Of a stretch of 64,000 bases of DNA, positions 51,109 to 59,112 are shown piece after piece (the stretch's first letter is position 1; each line of letters starts with the position of its first letter). The DNA is from Synergistales bacterium (GTDB taxonomy: Bacteria; Synergistota; Synergistia; Synergistales; JAFGMB01): the NCBI GenBank assembly GCA_963666205.1, contig OY762654.1, positions 2,688,001 to 2,752,000 on the forward strand, written 5' to 3'. The position numbers and the translations under genes were made by a program. Below the pieces are notes generated by a model. The model had not been told where the DNA came from. It saw nothing but the letters and a program-made list of their open reading frames with translations, and did not search any database.

Positions 51109-51445
51109 TATGCCCTTCCTTGTGGTCGGAATCCTTTTTCTTATGGGAGTTCTAGCAATCCTCAGGGAAAAGAATCTGATCAAGATTGCCATTGGTATAA
51201 GCATAATTGAATCAGCTGTCAATATGTTGCTTATTACGTTGGGTTACAGATTAAATGGTGATGTACCTGTACATTTTCTCTCGGGAGATGTGGATGTAAT
51301 GGTTATGCCTACACCACAGGCACTCACACTGACAGCCATAGTCATAGCCCTTGCCACCTCAGCACTTATGCTTTCCGTTACAATGCTGATCTACAAGCAC
51401 TACGGAACGCTTAATGTAGATGAGTTAAGGAGGTTAAGAGGATGA
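51095..51445 (+). CDS. mbhG: Mbh subunit G (MrpC-like)
   Basis: NLIK and PQALTLTAIVI motifs. Confidence 0.87.
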   Translation: MTVGNMPFLVVGILFLMGVLAILREKNLIKIAIGISIIESAVNMLLITLGYRLNGDVPVHFLSGDVDVMVMPTPQALTLTAIVIALATSALMLSVTMLIYKHYGTLNVDELRRLRG

Positions 51446-53007
51446 ACTGGCATGCACATTTACCCGCACTCCTCCTGGCCGTTCCGCTGCTTGGAGCCTT
51501 TGCTACACCAGTATTTAACATGGGAGGCAAGACACTAAGAAATGCATGGTTTATCGCCATATCATCTTCTGTATTTCTCATTGCCCTGGCCCTGTGGCAC
51601 CAGGTATCCGTAAACGGCATACAGGTATATGTGATGGGAGCAGAGAAGTTTGCCCTTACCCTCCCATCCGGTATGAAACTACCGGTGAGAATTATCCTTG
51701 AAGTTGATGCCTTAAGTGCTTTTATGGCATTAGCCGGTTCTATAACTTCTCTCGCTGGTGCATGGTTCTCCCTGAGTTTCATGGATCGTTTCTCCGGACT
51801 TTCCCGGTTCGTTTCCCTCTACCTGCTTCTTACCGTTGGAATGCTGGGAATGATGATTACCGGAGACCTGTTCAATTTCTTCGTTTTCCTTGAGATCGCT
51901 TCCGTAGCTTCTTATGGTCTGGTGGCCTTCTGGAGGGACAGACCACAGGCGATAGAGGCAAGCTTTAAATACATGCTTCTGTCTCAGTTGGCAGCAATGC
52001 TTGTTCTTGTTGCCATCGGATTCCTGTATGGAAGATATAACGTTCTGAATATGGCTGCAATCGGGAGCCTGATCCACCTGGGTCTTGTTGAAAAAGTGGC
52101 CCTTGCTTTCCTGATATCGGCTCTTGCCCTTAAATGCGGAGCCTTTCCCATGTACCTCTGGATCCCTGATGCATATGGTGAAGCTCCTGCAAGTGTCAGC
52201 TGTCTTCTTGTCACTGTCAGCCAAGCCTCCCTCTATGGACTTTTCAGGGTCTGTTTCTCAATTTACGGATTGGCCATGTCAAACCAGGTAGTGGCCTGGA
52301 TCATCATTATATTTGGACTCCTGTCCATGTTCATTGCAGTATCAATGGCGGTTGTTCAGCATGAGGTCAAACGCCTTATGGCTTATCACGCTGTGTCCCA
52401 GACGGGTTACATGCTTCTGGGTGTAGGAGTAGGTCTCCTTGCCCTTGGAAATCCACAGGCCCTTGCCGAGTATGGTTTTACGGCATTGAAGGGTGGAGTT
52501 TTCCACATCTTCAACCATGCCATGTATAAGGGACTCCTTTTCCTTACAGCCGGCACACTCTATTACATGACAGGAACCCGCGATCTGAACAAAATGGGAG
52601 GACTTGTCAGGAAATCACCGATGACAGCCTTTATGTTCGTTGTCGCTGCTGCAGCCATCGCAGGACTTCCTCCTATGAATGGATTTGCCTCAAAACTGCT
52701 GATCTACCAGTCAAGTTTTGCAGTGCATCCCGTTCTGACAGTCGTGGCCCTGGTAACGTCCATTCTGACACTTGCCTCCTTCGTGAAGGTTTTCCAGACT
52801 GCCTTCCTGGGTCCTGAACAGGACAGGATGGCGGATGTCAAAAAAGTTCCTGCCACCATGCTTGCGGGCATGGGAATTCTAACGGTAGCAGTCCTTTTCC
52901 TGACATTCTTCCCGACCTGGGCCCTCTCTCATCTTGTAGAGCCGGCAGCCAAGGCGCTGGTTGATCAGGCTGGCTATATTGCTGCCATCATGGGAGGTGC
53001 CTTCTGA
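51442..53007 (+). CDS. mbhH: Mbh subunit H (MrpD/NuoN-like antiporter subunit)
   Basis: GDLFNFFVFLE, WIPDAY, NHAMYKGLLF, GLPPMNGFASK motifs. Confidence 0.9.
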   Translation: MNWHAHLPALLLAVPLLGAFATPVFNMGGKTLRNAWFIAISSSVFLIALALWHQVSVNGIQVYVMGAEKFALTLPSGMKLPVRIILEVDALSAFMALAGSITSLAGAWFSLSFMDRFSGLSRFVSLYLLLTVGMLGMMITGDLFNFFVFLEIASVASYGLVAFWRDRPQAIEASFKYMLLSQLAAMLVLVAIGFLYGRYNVLNMAAIGSLIHLGLVEKVALAFLISALALKCGAFPMYLWIPDAYGEAPASVSCLLVTVSQASLYGLFRVCFSIYGLAMSNQVVAWIIIIFGLLSMFIAVSMAVVQHEVKRLMAYHAVSQTGYMLLGVGVGLLALGNPQALAEYGFTALKGGVFHIFNHAMYKGLLFLTAGTLYYMTGTRDLNKMGGLVRKSPMTAFMFVVAAAAIAGLPPMNGFASKLLIYQSSFAVHPVLTVVALVTSILTLASFVKVFQTAFLGPEQDRMADVKKVPATMLAGMGILTVAVLFLTFFPTWALSHLVEPAAKALVDQAGYIAAIMGGAF

Positions 53008-53348
53008 TGTGGACTAAAGTAGTTACCGGTTTTGGATACTGGGATGTCTATTCATGGCTTATTTTCCTGGCCATTGCCTCCTTCTTTACTCTCTGGCTCC
53101 GAAACAGCGGGCGTCAGGATTACAAGGAGGGGACGTACCAGGATGAGATCTATTTCTCCGGTAACGATGTACCGGAAGATGGCCAGAATATTTCAGTTCC
53201 TGCTGATTCTGCCTATTGGGGCTTTATCAAGGTATTTCGTCCGTATTACGACGTTATGCTTTCAGTCCACAATGGACTGGCTCAGGATTATTTAGGGTAC
53301 TTTGTTCTGTCCATAGCCATAATTACAGCGTTGATCGTACTTCTTTAG
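53007..53348 (+). CDS. mbhI: Mbh subunit I
   Basis: FSGN and HNG...DY motifs; position in operon. Confidence 0.75.
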   Translation: MWTKVVTGFGYWDVYSWLIFLAIASFFTLWLRNSGRQDYKEGTYQDEIYFSGNDVPEDGQNISVPADSAYWGFIKVFRPYYDVMLSVHNGLAQDYLGYFVLSIAIITALIVLL

Positions 53349-53360
53349 GAGGGTAAAAAT

Positions 53361-53852
53361 ATGATGAAACTGGAAAAATACCTCGAAGTATTGCCGAAAT
53401 CCCTCTGGGTCTTCGCCTGTAATTCCGGCTCTTGTAATGGTTGTGATATTGAAATAGTTGCAACCATAAGCCCCAGATATGATATCGAGCGCTTCGGGAT
53501 GAAACTGGTAGGGACGCCCAAACATGCAGATGTACTTCTCGTGACAGGACCAGTTACACGTTTTATGAAACCGAAACTTGAAAGGATATATGCCCAGATA
53601 CCTGATCCCAAGGTCGTAATGGTAATAGGTAACTGTGGTGCTTCGGGTGACGTTTTTTATAAATCATACAATCTGGTCGGTCCGGTAGATAACGTAATAC
53701 CAGTTGATGTTTATGTACACGGTTGTCCTCCAAGACCGGAGGCAATAATTGAAGGAGCAGCCAAAGCTGTCCTGAAGCTCGAAGAGAAAAAGAAACAACT
53801 TCTTCAGGGTGCAGCTGAAGCTCCCGCGGTTGTAAAGGCTGGTGCTGAATAA
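53361..53852 (+). CDS. mbhJ: Mbh small subunit J (NuoB-like)
   Basis: SCNGCDIE, GNC, GCPPRP motifs. Confidence 0.9.
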   Translation: MMKLEKYLEVLPKSLWVFACNSGSCNGCDIEIVATISPRYDIERFGMKLVGTPKHADVLLVTGPVTRFMKPKLERIYAQIPDPKVVMVIGNCGASGDVFYKSYNLVGPVDNVIPVDVYVHGCPPRPEAIIEGAAKAVLKLEEKKKQLLQGAAEAPAVVKAGAE

Positions 53853-54400
53853 TGCCATGTCGTAAAGATTATGTCAAAGAAACCAAGGATCCTCACGAAG
53901 TTGTAAAGTGCCTTGAGGAAAAGTTTGAAAAAGATATCTCTATCGATATCTTCAGGGAACAGAAGGCCGGTATCAAGAATGAAACCCAGTTCTATGAAGT
54001 CTGGCTGATGATAACGAGAGAGCGTTTCCTTGAGCTGATTGACCAGCTTTTCGAGTTCGATTTTCTTCATTTCCATATCACATCGGGTAATGATGATGGA
54101 GATGTGGTTACTCTTTACTATCATTTTTCTCTCTTCAGAGTTGCTGAGCAGGGAAAAAGGCTTGGTATGACGGTTGGTGTGGCTGTACCCAAGGAAGATC
54201 TGGTCATGCCATCACTTTTCGACAGAATACCTGGCATTGAGTACAGTGAAAGGGAGATCCGTGAAATGCTTGGTGTAGATTTTGACGGACTTCCCAACAA
54301 AGCCCTTGTCTTTCTTCCGGAGGACTGGGATCAGACTATCAAACCCTGGCGACGTGATGAAACAGGACCTGGTCCTGAAGTTGTCAGGGAGCTTTCCTAG
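53852..54400 (+). CDS. mbhK: Mbh subunit K (NuoC-like)
   Basis: EREIREMLGVDF and FLPEDW motifs. Confidence 0.85.
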   Translation: MPCRKDYVKETKDPHEVVKCLEEKFEKDISIDIFREQKAGIKNETQFYEVWLMITRERFLELIDQLFEFDFLHFHITSGNDDGDVVTLYYHFSLFRVAEQGKRLGMTVGVAVPKEDLVMPSLFDRIPGIEYSEREIREMLGVDFDGLPNKALVFLPEDWDQTIKPWRRDETGPGPEVVRELS

Positions 54401-54414
54401 AGTGGGGTGATTTA

Positions 54415-55653
54415 ATGGCTAGCGAGAATGTTTCTACTTATAAGCTCCCCATCGGCCCCGTCCATGTAGGATTGAAAGAACCGATTACTGCCTGGTTGGA
54501 CATTGATGGAGAAAAGATAGTAAATGCAACTATCAGGCCAGGTGCGATACACAGGGGTATAGAGTATATGGCAAGGGACCGGAATCCGATCCAGGTTATA
54601 TCTCTCTCTGAAAGAATATGTGGCATCTGTTCTTTCTCCCATGTGACCTGTTTTGTCAGGGCAGTTGAGAATGTCGCAGATATACCAGTTCCTTCAAGGG
54701 CTCAGTACATAAGAGCATTGGTACTTGAGCTGGAAAGACTCCATTCTCACATTCTGTGGGCCGGAGTTGCCTGCTACTCCATAGGTTACGATTCTGCTTT
54801 CCATCTGGGGATGCTTCTCAGAGAGAAAGTAATGGACGTTCTGGAGGCCTTTACCGGAAATAGAGTGAACTATGGTATGGGTACGGTTGGAGGAGTAAGG
54901 TGGGATGTAACTCCTGAAGTTGACAAGACCGTAAGGGAAATGGTCAGCTTCTACCGCAACGAGTTTGATGCTTTTTATGATGTAGTAACCGAAGATCCAA
55001 TAGCGAAGGCAAGGATGAGGGGAGTGGGCGTGCTTACCCGCGAAGAGGCCATCAGGTACTGTGCCCTTGGTCCAACCGCGAGAGCAAGCGGTATCCGTTG
55101 TGACCTGCGCTGGTCTGCTCCCTATGAAGCCTATGGCGACATGGATATCAAACCCATCGTTCCCCAGGATTATTACGGCAAGGCTTATGGAGATGTCTTT
55201 GACCGTTTCCTTGTAAGGGTCCTGGAGGTTTACCAGTCACTGGATATCATAGAAAATGTAATGGATGGACTTCCTGAAGGCCCTCTCATGTGGGAACCCA
55301 AACTGCCCAAACTTCTTGCACACCTTAAAAAGGCTGACGGAATGGGTTGGGGTGCCATTGAAGCACCAAGAGGAGACGATACTCACGTCGTCAGACTTAC
55401 AGGAGGACAGGAGAACGTAACCTGGTGGAAAGTCCGTGCTCCTACTTATGCCAATGCAGTATCCTGGCCGCTAATGTTCAGGAATAATGAACTGGCAGAC
55501 GCTCCCCTTATCATCAACAGTGTTGATCCATGTATTTCCTGCATGGAGAGAATGCTGATCACTGACAGGTCGTCGGATGCAAAACAGGTAGTTAGCAAAG
55601 CAGAACTGCTTGAAAAATGCAGGGAAAAGACAAGGAGGATGATGCAGTCATGA
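54415..55653 (+). CDS. mbhL: Group 4 [NiFe] hydrogenase large subunit (MbhL)
   Basis: L1 ERICGIC and L2 DPCISCMER with C-terminal extension. Confidence 0.92.
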   Translation: MASENVSTYKLPIGPVHVGLKEPITAWLDIDGEKIVNATIRPGAIHRGIEYMARDRNPIQVISLSERICGICSFSHVTCFVRAVENVADIPVPSRAQYIRALVLELERLHSHILWAGVACYSIGYDSAFHLGMLLREKVMDVLEAFTGNRVNYGMGTVGGVRWDVTPEVDKTVREMVSFYRNEFDAFYDVVTEDPIAKARMRGVGVLTREEAIRYCALGPTARASGIRCDLRWSAPYEAYGDMDIKPIVPQDYYGKAYGDVFDRFLVRVLEVYQSLDIIENVMDGLPEGPLMWEPKLPKLLAHLKKADGMGWGAIEAPRGDDTHVVRLTGGQENVTWWKVRAPTYANAVSWPLMFRNNELADAPLIINSVDPCISCMERMLITDRSSDAKQVVSKAELLEKCREKTRRMMQS

Positions 55654-56642
55654 TGTCCTTCATTCTGAAGATAATCGCCGGAGCTGCGTTGATGCTTCTG
55701 ACAGGAGTTCTTGCTATCCTTTTTGAAGGGGTCGACAGGGTTCTTCACGCCAAAATGCAGAGAAGATGGGGGCCTCCTGTTCTTCAGCCCTTCTATGATA
55801 TTCTCAAACTTCTTGGCAAAGAGAACATCGTCCCTCGCAGGGCCAATAAGTGGCTTTACAATACAGCGCCATGGTTCTCTGTTGCAATAATGCTACTTGT
55901 GTTCATGTACATACCAGTGGGATCTCTCCCGGCTATTTCAGGAACTGGCGGTGGAATGATACTTATAATCTACCTACTTGGTCTATCTGGTGTCTGCATG
56001 GCCCTCGGCGGTTTTGCGAGCGGAAATCCCATAGCGAATGTAGGTGCCCAGCGTGAAATGATCCTTATGATGAGCTACGAGCTTCCCCTTGCAGTCGTTA
56101 TAAGTACCATGGCCTGGCTTGCCTATCGTGTCGGGATGCCTGGTCAACCCTTCAGCCTGGAAACCTTCAGCAGCATGTCTGTCTGGGGAGTAGTTGGTAA
56201 GCCAGGAGTACTTGGAATCCTCCTGCTATTCATTTCCCTAGTGCTGGTCGTACCGGGTGAAACTGGAAAGGGCCCCATGGATATACCTGAAGCCAAAACC
56301 GAGATCCTGGAAGGGCTTTCCATCGAATATTCAGGTGTAAACCTTGCCTTGCTGCACCTTTCCGTATCCCTGCGGGGTCTGGCTATGTCAGCAGTTATCG
56401 TGGCCCTTTTCCTACCGTGGTCTCTCGGTGGGTGGCTTCACCTGAAGGGAGCACTCCTGTTTGGTATGGACTTTATCTGGTTCTGGATAAAGGTTTTTGG
56501 AGTGGGGATCCTGGGAGTCACGATAATCAGAACAGCCTTTGGACGTTTCAAGATCTGGCAGGCTTCTCACTTCTACTGGGTTAAGGTCGCCGGTATTTCC
56601 ATTGCCGGAATGATCCTGCTGTCTCTTGACGTGCTACTTTAA
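55650..56642 (+). CDS. mbhM: Mbh subunit M (NuoH-like)
   Basis: MQRRWGPP..QPFYD..KL, SYE, EYSG motifs. Confidence 0.9.
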   Translation: MMSFILKIIAGAALMLLTGVLAILFEGVDRVLHAKMQRRWGPPVLQPFYDILKLLGKENIVPRRANKWLYNTAPWFSVAIMLLVFMYIPVGSLPAISGTGGGMILIIYLLGLSGVCMALGGFASGNPIANVGAQREMILMMSYELPLAVVISTMAWLAYRVGMPGQPFSLETFSSMSVWGVVGKPGVLGILLLFISLVLVVPGETGKGPMDIPEAKTEILEGLSIEYSGVNLALLHLSVSLRGLAMSAVIVALFLPWSLGGWLHLKGALLFGMDFIWFWIKVFGVGILGVTIIRTAFGRFKIWQASHFYWVKVAGISIAGMILLSLDVLL

Positions 56643-56659
56643 GAGGGGAGGGTGAATGA

Positions 56660-57580
56660 ATGTTTAATCTGATGTCCCTTCAAATGCTGAGGCAGTGGGT
56701 AGACAAGGTTTTTACCAATCCCTTCCCGGTTGCCAATATGCCTGAAGAACTGGGTGAAGCTTTACAGGCTGCGGAAAGAGGCGAGATCAGCCTTAATCCC
56801 CCGGTTCCTTTAAATCTTAAGGAACAGCGGTTCCGCGGCAGGGTTTCTTACGACAAGAGCAAATGTATTGGCTGCAAGATGTGCATTAAAGTGTGTCCTG
56901 CCAATGCCATTACCTTTATCACCGAAGAAAAGAAGGTCCAGGTCCATTCTGACCGCTGCTGTTTCTGTGCGCAGTGTACAGAGATATGTCCTGTCAACTG
57001 CCTGGCCATGTCAAACGATTTTGCCTTTGCCTCTTATGAAAGAAATGAAGAAGAGGTAATAGTAAAAGATTCTGGTGATATAAAGGTGAAACTGGAAAAC
57101 GTTGTAAAGGTTCTTGAAGCTGAGCCGGTCCGGTTAGATGAAGATACACTTGGAGAGGAAGAGCTTGTCGAAGAAGAAGTGAAACCCAAATATGAAATAG
57201 ATCCTGAAAAATGCATCGGATGCACAAAATGTGCAAGATTATGTCCGGTTGATGCGATCACCGGAAAAGTTAAAGAGCCCCATGTTATTGACAAACAGGT
57301 ATGCATTGCCTGTGGTCAGTGTGCTGATGGCTGTCCGGTTGGAGCTATTTTCCTCGAAGATCTGGGGGAAAAAGACAATAAAACTCCTGCTGAGATCGAA
57401 GTGAAATCAACCGAATCCGACGTGGTGGAAGAAACCCCACCAGCGGTAGTTGAAGAAATGGTGGAAGAAACAAAAGAAGAAGTTATTCCCGAAGCTGCTC
57501 CCGTTAAGGCTGCACCCAAAAGTACAAAACCAGCTGCTCGAAAGAGGGCTCCGAGAAAAAAGAAAGAAGAAACTGAGTAA
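56660..57580 (+). CDS. mbhN: Mbh subunit N (NuoI-like) with an extra 2x[4Fe-4S] domain and low-complexity tail
   Basis: FRGR..YD..KCIGC; four CxxCxxCxxxCP motifs; E-rich then K/P/A-rich C-terminus. Confidence 0.87.
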   Translation: MFNLMSLQMLRQWVDKVFTNPFPVANMPEELGEALQAAERGEISLNPPVPLNLKEQRFRGRVSYDKSKCIGCKMCIKVCPANAITFITEEKKVQVHSDRCCFCAQCTEICPVNCLAMSNDFAFASYERNEEEVIVKDSGDIKVKLENVVKVLEAEPVRLDEDTLGEEELVEEEVKPKYEIDPEKCIGCTKCARLCPVDAITGKVKEPHVIDKQVCIACGQCADGCPVGAIFLEDLGEKDNKTPAEIEVKSTESDVVEETPPAVVEEMVEETKEEVIPEAAPVKAAPKSTKPAARKRAPRKKKEETE

Positions 57581-57594
57581 TACAGCGATAAAAC

Positions 57595-57634
57595 AAAAAA
57601 GACCGGAAGGGTGATCACCCTTCCGGTCTTTTTT
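57595..57634. terminator. Bidirectional terminator
   Basis: A6-gaccggaagggtg-at-cacccttccggtc-T6. Confidence 0.88.
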
Positions 57635-57673
57635 ATCAGCATAGAGTTTTAGAGATAGGCTTGAAAACCGCGG

Positions 57674-58987
57674 CTAAACAAAATCGTAAAATTCCAGTCT
57701 CCGTTTTACTTCATCTTTTCCCAGGAAATCCGCCACTTCGAATATTCCTGGACTTACTTTAACACCCGTAATTGCCCAACGCATAGGCATCAGCAGGTTT
57801 TTGACCTTGAGTTCCCGTTCCTTTGCCCAGTTTCTTGTAAAACTTTCCATCTCTTCAACTGACCATTTTTCAAGATCGAGGAATTCTGCGAAAAATGATT
57901 TCAGGATCTTTCTGTTATCTTCATCAACATCAGCAGCATCATATCTTTCTTTTACAACATCAAAAGTGATCAGATAATCAGAGTATTGTGCAGCTTCTAT
58001 TGTAGTCCGTCCTCTTCCACCCAGAAGGGTCAGGGCTGCAGCTAGGTATTCCCTTGAATGATCTTCCACAGGAAGGCCGGCTTCTCTCCAGAATGGTTCC
58101 ACAAGGGCCAGTCTCTCGTAAGGTTCCATTGTTTTAAGATGTTCCTGGTTAATGTAGTGGAGTTTGTCAGTATCGAAAACAGCAGCTTTTCTGGTTACCC
58201 TTGAGAGATCAAATAACTCTACTGCTTCTTCCCTTGTAAATACTTCTTTTTCATCCCCTGCGGACCAGCCCAGAATAGCAAGGAAATTGAATATTCCCTC
58301 TGGAATGAAACCCTGATCCCGGTATTCATATACACTTGTCGCCCCATGTCTTTTGGAGAGTTTTTTCTTATCCTTCCCCAGGATCATAGGCAGGTGTGCG
58401 AACCTGGGTACTTCCCAGCCAAGTGCGTCATACATAAGTATCTGTTTGGGAGTATTGGAAATATGATCTTCTCCCCTGATGACGTAAGTGATGTCCATAC
58501 AGTGGTCATCGACCACAACTGCATAATTATAAGTGGGCATTCCATCGCTCTTTATAAGAACGATGTCCTTTAAAGTTTCACTCATAACCTCAATATGACC
58601 GTAGACCACATCATCAAAGATCAGTTTTTTACCCTGGGGTACCCTGTAGATTATCGCAGGGCCTTCCATATAAGCCTTTCCTTCATCCACGAGCTGCTGA
58701 GCATACTTATGATAAAGTTCAAGCCTTTCAGACTGGCGGTAGGGGCCATATTCGCCACCAATATCCGGGCCTTCATCCCAGTCAAGACCCAGCCATTTCA
58801 TCCCGGCCATAATGGTATCTTCGTATTCTTTGGTGGATCTCTGCCGGTCTGTATCCTCAATACGAAGGATCAGTCTACCCTTATTGTGTCTGGCCCAGAG
58901 CCAGTTGAAAAGAGCCGTATGTCCTCCTCCGATATGGAGTGCTCCAGTGGGGCTTGGGGCAAAACGTACACGGACCTGTTCATTCAT
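57674..58987 (-). CDS. gltX: Glutamate--tRNA ligase (short form)
   Basis: RFAPSPTG, HIGG, LRIEDTD, RGEDH, KLSKR and anticodon-binding domain. Confidence 0.93.
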   Translation of the reverse strand: MNEQVRVRFAPSPTGALHIGGGHTALFNWLWARHNKGRLILRIEDTDRQRSTKEYEDTIMAGMKWLGLDWDEGPDIGGEYGPYRQSERLELYHKYAQQLVDEGKAYMEGPAIIYRVPQGKKLIFDDVVYGHIEVMSETLKDIVLIKSDGMPTYNYAVVVDDHCMDITYVIRGEDHISNTPKQILMYDALGWEVPRFAHLPMILGKDKKKLSKRHGATSVYEYRDQGFIPEGIFNFLAILGWSAGDEKEVFTREEAVELFDLSRVTRKAAVFDTDKLHYINQEHLKTMEPYERLALVEPFWREAGLPVEDHSREYLAAALTLLGGRGRTTIEAAQYSDYLITFDVVKERYDAADVDEDNRKILKSFFAEFLDLEKWSVEEMESFTRNWAKERELKVKNLLMPMRWAITGVKVSPGIFEVADFLGKDEVKRRLEFYDFV

Positions 58988-59112
58988 GTCAATTTTCCTC
59001 CCCTGTAAATTCTTCCTGATTCAGAAATAGATTCCCATAGAATTCGGGAACATGTACAATGAATTTGTAAAACTGCTGGTTATTATAACCTAAGGAAAAG
59101 GAAAAGGAAGGA

